DNA of 64,000 nucleotides from Actinomycetota bacterium (GTDB taxonomy: Bacteria; Actinomycetota; UBA4738): contig DASXTW010000046.1 of the NCBI GenBank assembly GCA_036505215.1, positions 8,471-72,470 on the forward strand, read 5' to 3'. How positions within the stretch are numbered: position 1 is the first letter of the stretch; each line of letters opens with the position of its first letter. Positions 1 to 7,097 of this stretch are shown in pieces. Both the position numbers and the translations under genes were made by a program. Under the pieces are notes generated by a model. It made no database searches. It was not told the origin of the DNA and saw only the letters and a list, made by a program, of their open reading frames with translations.

Positions 1-394
1 GCTCAACACCACCATCGCGCTGAAGGCGGCGGCGCACGCATCGGCCGTCGGCCACAGTGAGCGAGCCCTGACGATGCTCCGCCAGGAGAGCGGTCGCCTG
101 CAGTCGGCGATCAAGGCGCTGGATCGCCTCTCGGTGGGAGCCAGAAGGATCATGGATCAGCACGAGGACGAGATGGCGCGGTTCTTCTCCCAGATGCAGA
201 CCATCATGGGCGTCCTGAAGGACCAGCAGGCCGCCATCCAGGGACTCCTGCGCTACGCGCCGCTGCACAATCGGAACACCCAGCTGGTCGAGTTCTGGGA
301 GTTCAACCAGGTGCTGCAGGACTTCGTGATCTGCGGGTTCAACGAGGACAAGTCGGACCCAGCCAGGACGTGCACTCCCGGGAGGAAAGGTTGA
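1..394 (+). CDS. Mce family protein, C-terminal fragment (gene begins upstream of window)
   Basis: Frame is open from nt 2 with no in-window start. Typical Mce C-terminal region. Followed by further mce-cluster genes with overlapping starts and stops. Confidence 0.6.
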   Translation, partial: LNTTIALKAAAHASAVGHSERALTMLRQESGRLQSAIKALDRLSVGARRIMDQHEDEMARFFSQMQTIMGVLKDQQAAIQGLLRYAPLHNRNTQLVEFWEFNQVLQDFVICGFNEDKSDPARTCTPGRKG

Positions 395-1494
395 TCACCA
401 AACGGATCACGGCCAACCTGCTGGCCTTCCTCGGCCTGGCCGTTCTTCTGGTGTGGGCGGGAGGTACTCAGTTCGTCCTGCAGGCCGGCGGAGGGCGGAT
501 GGCGACGTTCGATTTCGTGGACGCCTCCGGCCTGGCTCCGCGTAACGACGTCACGATGCGGGGTGTTCCCGTCGGCCACATCCGGGGAGTGACGCTCACC
601 AGCCGGGGGGTCGTCGAGGTGACGGTTCAGCTCGACTCAGGCTCTGCGGTGACTGGCGGCACCAGGGCCGAGATCACCCGGCGAAGCCCGATCGGCGATC
701 TGACGCTCGATCTCACGCCGGGTCCGGGGCCGCTTCTTCCGGACGGAGCCCACATAGGGCTCAGGTACACCAGCTCGCCTCCCGACCCCGAGCGAACCAT
801 CGAGGTCCTCGCCCAGATCTTGCATGCCGTCCCCTCGAAGGATCTGGGGACGCTCGTGCAGGAGCTGGCCAAAGGATTGCGCGGCCGGGGCGAGGACCTG
901 GCCTCCCTGTCGGAAGCCTCCGCCGACCTTCCCGAGCGCATCCTGCAGGTCCGGGCCCAGCTGGAGTCGCTGATCGAGAATGGCCCAAAGGTAACGGGCG
1001 TGCTCGCCGCCAACGCCAAGGGGTTGGCCGGCGACGTCACCCGGACGGCCGAGCTGGCCGACATCCTCCGGGACCGGCGGTACGACCTGCTCGCGCTCTC
1101 CCGGAACGGGGCGAGGTTCGCCCGGGTTGCCGGGAGCCTGCTCCACGACGAGAAGGCCAATCTGGCGTGCCTGGTCTCCGACTTCGGCGACGTCAACACC
1201 GCACTCGCGGGCGACCTCACCGACCTGGAGAACGCCCTCGACCTCAACCACTTCTTCTTCGATGCGGTCTGGTATTCCGTGCAGAAGGCGAAGGACAAAT
1301 CTCTGGACTGGTTCCGGGTGCACGTGCTCTCACCCCAGGATCGGGCGGGCCAGGCCTACGATCCGCGCCGGTCTCCCCCCGGTGTGTTCGGTGGAAACTC
1401 CTGCCAGACCAGATACGGTCCGGGGGTCGAGCCGGCCAGGCAGCCCGACGGCGTCTATCTGGCACCTGGGTCCAAGATTCACCCCGGCAGATGA
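370..1494 (+). CDS. Mce/MlaD-domain protein (mammalian cell entry family)
   Basis: 374 aa. N-terminal TM helix followed by an Mce/MlaD domain and a long helical C-terminal region. 25-nt overlap with the upstream mce fragment. High GC3. Confidence 0.8.
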   Translation: MHSREERLITKRITANLLAFLGLAVLLVWAGGTQFVLQAGGGRMATFDFVDASGLAPRNDVTMRGVPVGHIRGVTLTSRGVVEVTVQLDSGSAVTGGTRAEITRRSPIGDLTLDLTPGPGPLLPDGAHIGLRYTSSPPDPERTIEVLAQILHAVPSKDLGTLVQELAKGLRGRGEDLASLSEASADLPERILQVRAQLESLIENGPKVTGVLAANAKGLAGDVTRTAELADILRDRRYDLLALSRNGARFARVAGSLLHDEKANLACLVSDFGDVNTALAGDLTDLENALDLNHFFFDAVWYSVQKAKDKSLDWFRVHVLSPQDRAGQAYDPRRSPPGVFGGNSCQTRYGPGVEPARQPDGVYLAPGSKIHPGR

Positions 1495-2105
1495 GGACGT
1501 ATGCTCCGCTGACCGTGAAGGCCTCCCGCGAATCGCCTCCCACAGAACGCAGGCCAGAGCGCGTCCCGCGCTTTCCCAGACCACTGAGTAGACCTTTCCG
1601 CACCAGGACCCTTCCCTGGGGGCTTTTCGTGGTGGCCCTCGCGACCGCCGTGCTGTTCGCGGTTCTGTGGCAAGGCGCGCAGGCCGACGAGCGGCGCCGA
1701 GCCGAGGTGGCATCGACCGCCGGCAGCTTCCTCCTGGCGCTGACGAATTTCTCCGGGGCAACGATCGAGTCGGATATCGCGGAGATCCGGCGCTACGCCG
1801 TGGGCGACTTCGCCGATCAGGTGGAGACGTTCTTCGACCCGCAGTCGGTGGCAGCCCTGCAGCAGGCTCAGGCTAGGAGCGTCGGGCGGATCCGATCGTT
1901 GTTCGTGGAATCGCTCTCCGGCGGGTCCGCGACGGTGTTCGGGGTGGTGGACGAAGCGGTGAGCAATTCGGCTCAGGCGGCGCCTCGGACCGAGCTCATC
2001 CGGATCGACATCGAGATGATCGAGACCACACAGGGATGGAAGGTCAACAGCGTGAATATCTTGCAGTCGCCCGGCCAACCGCCATTCGGGGGTCCAGGGG
2101 GGTAG
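1491..2105 (+). CDS. Mce-associated membrane protein
   Basis: ATG at 1491 overlaps the stop of the upstream mce gene (ATGA). One TM helix then an Mce-associated-membrane-protein-like domain. The last 8 codons and the TAG stop lie inside the repeat element at 2087. Confidence 0.6.
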   Translation: MRTYAPLTVKASRESPPTERRPERVPRFPRPLSRPFRTRTLPWGLFVVALATAVLFAVLWQGAQADERRRAEVASTAGSFLLALTNFSGATIESDIAEIRRYAVGDFADQVETFFDPQSVAALQQAQARSVGRIRSLFVESLSGGSATVFGVVDEAVSNSAQAAPRTELIRIDIEMIETTQGWKVNSVNILQSPGQPPFGGPGG

Positions 2106-2226
2106 CAGCAACGAGGGCGGGGGGTCCAGGGGGGCAGCAGCGCCGCGAGCGGAGCGAGCGGATGAGGCTGCTGCACTCCCCCTGGCGATGAGGACGATCC
2201 GAAGGATCGGGCTCATCGGGAAGAGC
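2087..2226 (+). repeat. MIRU/REP-like interspersed repeat, copy A (duplicated G-rich head plus hairpin body)
   Basis: About 110 nt align at roughly 90% identity with the reverse complement of 58611..58721. Head GGGGGGTCCAGGGGGG occurs twice here (2087-2105 and 2117-2140). Hairpin gatgagg-acgatccgaaggatcggg-ctcatc at 2187-2217. Confidence 0.8.
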
Positions 2227-2335
2227 GAGGCAGATGCGGACCCCCTGGCTCGTCGCCGGTCCACCGGAGGTGGAGCGTCGAGGAGGAGACAGATAGGTCC
2301 GGGGGATAGAGAGACCTTTTCGTTAGGGCGACCGA

Positions 2336-3532
2336 CTACAGCCCCAGAGCCCTTTTGGCGAGCTGCGTCCCTTCCACCATGTTCTGCAGCTTCCGGTAGG
2401 CCACGTCCCACGACCGCGTCCTCAACCCGCAGTCGGGGGTGACGTGGATCCGGTTGGGATCACCGAACACCTCGACCGCATACAGGATCCTGTCCCGCAC
2501 CAGCGCCGGCGGCTCGATGAAGTCCGTGTGGATGTCGATGACCCCCAGGCCCAGCGCCGGTTTGTACGGCAGGTCCCGAAACTTCTTGATCACCACGTAT
2601 CCAGGGCGAGCCTCCTCGGTGACACCGAGCTCCCGGCTGTCGTAGTTGGCGAAGCCCACCGCGAACTGCTTGCAGGCAGTCATGGCCTCGATGCCCGGGA
2701 AGAACAGGTTGTAGTCGGAGAAGCACAGGTGCGTGGAGAACACGGCGTTCAGTCCGTCCACGCTCTCGTTGAACGCTTCGGCGAACAGGTCCAGCTCGTC
2801 TGGTTCGGTTGATCCGCCGGGCTCATCGAGCTGGATCCACTTGGCCCCCAACCCGATCAGGGCTTCGATATTCGGCCGGATCATGTGGCGGGAAACTTCC
2901 AGGAGGAACCGGCGCCGAGCGTCGTGGCGCTTCCTCTTGCGCTCGCCATGCGCGTGGGACATGTCGTGGTCCGTGAAGTGGTACTCGTCGAAGGACCAGT
3001 CCGCGATGGTGTAGGCCCCTGTGATCGGGACCTTCAACTCGGCCTTGGCGATGTCGTTCAGGAAGGCGAACTCGTCGCTGTGGTAGGGCTCCTTCAGCGA
3101 GATCGGCCCGGTCACTGCAGCCTTCGAGTAGTACTTGTTGTCGAAAGCACGGACACTTCCCCGCCACTCGAACCCGTTGGTGTGCGCCACGGCCCATGCG
3201 TACATCTCCGAGCGCTGCTGTTCGCCGTCGTAGACGACGTCCAACCCCGCCGACTCCTGCAGGCGGAGGCCGTAACGGCTGGACCACCGCTTGACCTCCT
3301 CCTTGTCCGCCTTCGCCATGATCGGGGAGCCCCGTAGAAGATCGAGCAGTCCTCCGTACCCCTCCACGCCGATCCGCTCGCCCCAGCTCCTGGCCTCCTC
3401 GAGATCTCCCTCCTCGAGCTTCTTCCCCGCGTATGCCTTCACCCGCCACCCCGGCTTGTCCAGCGAGCCCACCTCGTGGGTGAGCAGCGGCCGGGTCATG
3501 ATGTCGAGAGCAGGGGTGGTGGCGGTCGTCAT
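2336..3532 (-). CDS. Cobalamin-independent methionine synthase (MetE) C-terminal catalytic-domain protein
   Basis: Motifs IQLDEP, THLCFSDYN and PDCGLRTRSW match the MetE C-terminal barrel (IQIDEPA, THMCYCEF, PDCGLKTRGW). Start taken at MTTATT. Its ATG overlaps the stop of the upstream gene (ATGA). Confidence 0.8.
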   Translation of the reverse strand: MTTATTPALDIMTRPLLTHEVGSLDKPGWRVKAYAGKKLEEGDLEEARSWGERIGVEGYGGLLDLLRGSPIMAKADKEEVKRWSSRYGLRLQESAGLDVVYDGEQQRSEMYAWAVAHTNGFEWRGSVRAFDNKYYSKAAVTGPISLKEPYHSDEFAFLNDIAKAELKVPITGAYTIADWSFDEYHFTDHDMSHAHGERKRKRHDARRRFLLEVSRHMIRPNIEALIGLGAKWIQLDEPGGSTEPDELDLFAEAFNESVDGLNAVFSTHLCFSDYNLFFPGIEAMTACKQFAVGFANYDSRELGVTEEARPGYVVIKKFRDLPYKPALGLGVIDIHTDFIEPPALVRDRILYAVEVFGDPNRIHVTPDCGLRTRSWDVAYRKLQNMVEGTQLAKRALGL

Positions 3533-4491
3533 GCCAACAGCTCCTTCAGCCGCGCCGAGACTTCCCCCAGCCTGGCAACCTTCTGACGGGCGATGTCTCG
3601 AGGGAGGTACTCCAGCTCGCAATTCGATGACAGGTACAGGACGGGTGGCGAGACCGTCTCGGCGACCCGGCGGAGGAATTCGACCGTGCCATCGGTGGAC
3701 TCGACAGGCGAGCTGCGTCCGTCCAGGGCCCCGGCCAAGAGCCCTGTGTCCCAATCACTTCCGAGCTCATCCAGGTCCGTCTGCACGAAGTCGATGCCCA
3801 ACGCGTCGACAGGGAGACGACGCAGGCGCTCGACATAGGGCCCAACGTCGCCGAAGTACGCATGAAGGACCAAGGCCGACGAGGTCGAGGAGATGCCGTC
3901 GCGGATCTCCATGAGCGCCTTCTCCAAGTCGTCCCAGTCTGCGGGGTCCAGACCGAAATACGGCAGCCATGGCTCCTGTAGGTGGATCACCTCGTATCCA
4001 CCGGCTGCCAGGGATTCTGCCACGGGCCGGAGGATCTCCCGGGTGAGATCCATCATGAGCGCGTTCCGATCTCCGTGGGCCTGCGCGGCCCGAGAGAAGA
4101 GAAACGGAGACGGGAGGGTGGCGGCCCTGGGGAACGGGAGATCGTCGTCATCCTGGAACGCGGCGGGCAGTGACGCCGAAAGGGTCAGATCACCGGTCAC
4201 CTCGGGGGCCCTGAAGAACGAGTTGTTGTCGAACCAGCGAACCAGGGTCCTGGCGTCCATTCCTCCGGACGCCTCCACGAACGGCCGGAAGAGATCCTGC
4301 CACCGGATCAGGCCGTCCGAGTGGTAATCGAGCTTCGCCTCCCGCTGGACCGCGATGAAGTCCTCCCGGTCATCGCGGAAAGCCTGATCGACCTCCTGGA
4401 GTGAGGTCCGGCCGCGCTCCAGGCCCCGGGTAGCCGCAACCACGCCCTCGGAGCGCGGATAGATCCCGTGCTGGTAGGCCCCGATCCGCAT
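3529..4491 (-). CDS. MetE N-terminal-domain-like protein (separate gene)
   Basis: RWFDNNSFF, IHLQEP, HAYFGD and YLSSNCEL align with the MetE N-terminal barrel (KWFNTNYHY, VQIDEP, TTYFEG, VASSCSL). 320 aa. Translationally coupled to the C-domain gene. Confidence 0.75.
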   Translation of the reverse strand: MRIGAYQHGIYPRSEGVVAATRGLERGRTSLQEVDQAFRDDREDFIAVQREAKLDYHSDGLIRWQDLFRPFVEASGGMDARTLVRWFDNNSFFRAPEVTGDLTLSASLPAAFQDDDDLPFPRAATLPSPFLFSRAAQAHGDRNALMMDLTREILRPVAESLAAGGYEVIHLQEPWLPYFGLDPADWDDLEKALMEIRDGISSTSSALVLHAYFGDVGPYVERLRRLPVDALGIDFVQTDLDELGSDWDTGLLAGALDGRSSPVESTDGTVEFLRRVAETVSPPVLYLSSNCELEYLPRDIARQKVARLGEVSARLKELLA

Positions 4492-4601
4492 CGTAGGGCG
4501 TGACTCTACTAGCTCATTCGCGAACGACGCATGCCCCGGCCGTCAACGGCCGCGTCAACCGAGCTGGATGGACGGCTGAGCAGGCGACCCGCCGACGCCC
4601 C

Positions 4602-6965
4602 TCAAGCCCTGGATTCGGCGACTCCCCACACATAACGCTGGCTGATCTCCGTCGCCGGCACCGGCCGGCTGAAGTAGAAGCCCTGCCCCAACGCGCATCC
4701 ACTCTGCGCCAGGAACCGCCACTGCTCTTCGGTCTCGATCCCTTCCGCCAGAGGCACCATGCCCAGGCCTCGAGCGAGCTGGATGATGGCCTTGACCATG
4801 CTCATGGAGTGGCGGTCCGTCGGGATGTCGCTGATGAACGATCGGTCGATCTTGAGGATGTCCACCGGCATCTGCTTGAGACGGGACAGCGACGAATATC
4901 CCGTGCCGAAGTCGTCGATCGCCAGGCGAAGCCCGGCGGTGTGCAGCTCCTCGAGGATCCGCATGGTCCTGTCCGGATCGATCATCGCCGTGGACTCGGT
5001 GATCTCGACCAGGACCTGGCGGGGGTTGATCCGCATCCACTTCAGGTGACCGATGATCTTGTTCACCAGGTTCCCCTGCCACAGCTGTCGCGGCGAAAGG
5101 TTGAAGCTGACCTCGATCATCAGCCCGTCGCGCCGCCAGGCCTGAGACTGCCGGCACACCTCCTCCAGCACCCAGTCGCCGATGGCTTCGATCAGGCCCA
5201 TCTCCTCCGCCAGAGGGATGAAGTCGCCGGGAGGCACTATGCCCGTGCTCGGATCCTGCCATCGCAGCAGCGCCTCGACACTGACCAGATGGCCATCCGA
5301 CAGATCCACGATCGGCTGGTAGTGGAGCGTCCATTCCTTGCGCTCCACGGCCCGGCGCAGGCGCGTCGCCAGGGAAAGCCTGCTCAGCGGATCCACCGAG
5401 TCCTTGGAGAAGACCGTGGAGGTACCCGGGGCCGACCGCTTGCTCCGGTACATCGCCGCATCCGCGTTCTTGAGGAGGGACTTGCCGTCGACCCCGTCCA
5501 GCGGGAACAGGCTGATCCCGATGCTCGCCGTGATGTAGAACTCCGTCCCCCCGATGGCGAACGGCCGCTTGAGCAGCTCGTGGATGCGCTCGGCCACTTC
5601 TTCCGCCGCGTTCACCGAGGTCTCGGTGTCCGGGCGCGTGGTCTGCGGCCCGCGTTCCAGATCGGAAAGGAGGACCAGGAATTCGTCTCCTCCTTGCCGG
5701 GCGACCACGTCTGTCTCCCGCAGGGCCTCCCGCAGCCTGGCTCCCATCTGCTGGAGGAGTTCGTCGCCCGCCTCATGCCCGAGGCTGTCGTTCACCAGCT
5801 TGAAGTTGTCCAGGTCCATGAAGAGCACCGCCGCGGCCAGCTCCTTGCGCTTGGCTCGAGCCAGAGCGAGATCGAGCAGCTCCTCGAACATGGCCCGGTT
5901 GGGGAGACGGGTGAGCTTGTCGTGGTATGCGAGGAACGCCACCTGCTCCTCGGCCTTCTTCAACTCCGTGATGTCGGACATCAGGCCCTGCCACAGGAGG
6001 GGCCGGCCCGTGTCGTCCTCCACCAGGTGCGCTTCATCCCGGATCCACACCCGGCGCCCATCCCGAGCCACCATGCGGAACTCGGAGCGGAGCGGCTCCC
6101 CTGTGGCCCCGCTGTAAGCCTCCTCAGCCAGGACCCGTTCCCTGTCGGCCGGGTGCAAGAAGGAGGAGAACGGGGCGGGGTGAGCCAGCCACTGCTCGGG
6201 CGTGTACCCGAGAATCCGTTCGATCTGCGGACTGACGTACAGCCAGTCGCCTGTCTCCCCCACCCCGGCGATGTAGACGATCGCCGGTATTTGCTCCACC
6301 AGGCTGCGGTACTTCACCTCCGCCTGCCGCAGGGCCAGCTCCGTTCGCTTGCGGGCAATGGCCGAGCCCAGCGTCCCGGCTGCGGCCCGAAGGGTGTCGA
6401 TCTCCGCCTGGGACCAGTCACGTTCGGCCAGGCAGTCGTCGAAGCCGAGGAAGCCCCACCAGTCATCGCCGACGGCGATGGGAACCGCGGCGATGGACTG
6501 GATGTCCTGTTCCTCCAAGAGGCGCCGCTCATCCTCCCGGAAGTCCCGGACGTGGCCGTGGACCACGCCGCCGGCTGCCAGGATGGCTCGCCACCGCCGG
6601 AACGCCCCGTCCCAAGGCAGGCCCTGGAGCTTCGGATTGTCGATCTGGGGCGAGGCTTCCTGGGCCGTCCACTCGAAGCGCTGGCTGAACACGGGGGTGT
6701 CGTGCCGGTCAGTGTGGTTCTGGAAGACGTAGACGCGGCTCACTCGTGCCGCCCGGCCGAGACGGCCCAAGACGGCCTGGATGCAGTCCTCCCACGAATG
6801 GGCTCGGAGGAACTCAGACGCGGCGAATCCCACAGCCCCGAGGATCGAGTCGGCCGTGGGGACCTCTGGGTCGGGGGCGGGCGCAGGCTGATCCGCCTTC
6901 AGGCCAGCCTCCACCGGCTCGGACCGGTCGGCTCGGCCGAGACTGTCTTGCGTACCTTTCGACAT
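4602..6965 (-). CDS. Sensor diguanylate cyclase/phosphodiesterase (GAF-PAS-GGDEF-EAL)
   Basis: Motifs RQGGDEFLV (GGDEF), then EAL-domain motifs EALLRW, ESTAM and DDFGTGYSS. Start chosen at MSKGTQ (M89 of the track ORF). Confidence 0.9.
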   Translation of the reverse strand: MSKGTQDSLGRADRSEPVEAGLKADQPAPAPDPEVPTADSILGAVGFAASEFLRAHSWEDCIQAVLGRLGRAARVSRVYVFQNHTDRHDTPVFSQRFEWTAQEASPQIDNPKLQGLPWDGAFRRWRAILAAGGVVHGHVRDFREDERRLLEEQDIQSIAAVPIAVGDDWWGFLGFDDCLAERDWSQAEIDTLRAAAGTLGSAIARKRTELALRQAEVKYRSLVEQIPAIVYIAGVGETGDWLYVSPQIERILGYTPEQWLAHPAPFSSFLHPADRERVLAEEAYSGATGEPLRSEFRMVARDGRRVWIRDEAHLVEDDTGRPLLWQGLMSDITELKKAEEQVAFLAYHDKLTRLPNRAMFEELLDLALARAKRKELAAAVLFMDLDNFKLVNDSLGHEAGDELLQQMGARLREALRETDVVARQGGDEFLVLLSDLERGPQTTRPDTETSVNAAEEVAERIHELLKRPFAIGGTEFYITASIGISLFPLDGVDGKSLLKNADAAMYRSKRSAPGTSTVFSKDSVDPLSRLSLATRLRRAVERKEWTLHYQPIVDLSDGHLVSVEALLRWQDPSTGIVPPGDFIPLAEEMGLIEAIGDWVLEEVCRQSQAWRRDGLMIEVSFNLSPRQLWQGNLVNKIIGHLKWMRINPRQVLVEITESTAMIDPDRTMRILEELHTAGLRLAIDDFGTGYSSLSRLKQMPVDILKIDRSFISDIPTDRHSMSMVKAIIQLARGLGMVPLAEGIETEEQWRFLAQSGCALGQGFYFSRPVPATEISQRYVWGVAESRA

Positions 6966-7047
6966 GCCGCTTGCTGTATCGACGGGGCTCCATCCGGAAT
7001 TGAACGGGCCTACAGTGGCACCGGGTGCCCTGCCGAAGACTGAATAC

Positions 7048-7075
7048 GGGGGGTGCAGGGGGGCAGTAGGGGTCC
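7048..7075 (+). repeat. Solo G-rich box related to the repeat head (G6-TGCA-G6-CAGTA-G4); G-quadruplex-prone
   Basis: GGGGGGTGCAGGGGGGCAGTAGGGGTCC resembles the GGGGGGTCCAGGGGGGCAGCAG head of the 2087 and 58700 elements. Located in the divergent promoter region of the two GGDEF-EAL genes. Confidence 0.5.
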
Positions 7076-7097
7076 ACCGTGCCCGCAAGAAGGGGAG

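Noticed and set aside
1167-1490. Upstream extension of the Mce-associated membrane protein ORF (track start 1167)
   Set aside because: The extension is out of frame with, and overlaps, the Mce gene. The ATG at 1491 forms the typical ATGA overlap with the mce stop, so the true start is 1491.
4492-4601. Cobalamin or SAM riboswitch upstream of metE
   Set aside because: Only about 110 nt are available. I found no B12-box or SAM-IV-like core sequence. Rfam should still be run, but nothing in the sequence supports it.
4500-7043. 847-aa ORF on the plus strand
   Set aside because: It lies entirely antisense to the well-supported GGDEF-EAL gene. Its composition is Arg/Gly/Pro/Leu-rich, as expected for a shadow frame in 70% GC DNA, and it has no domain signal.
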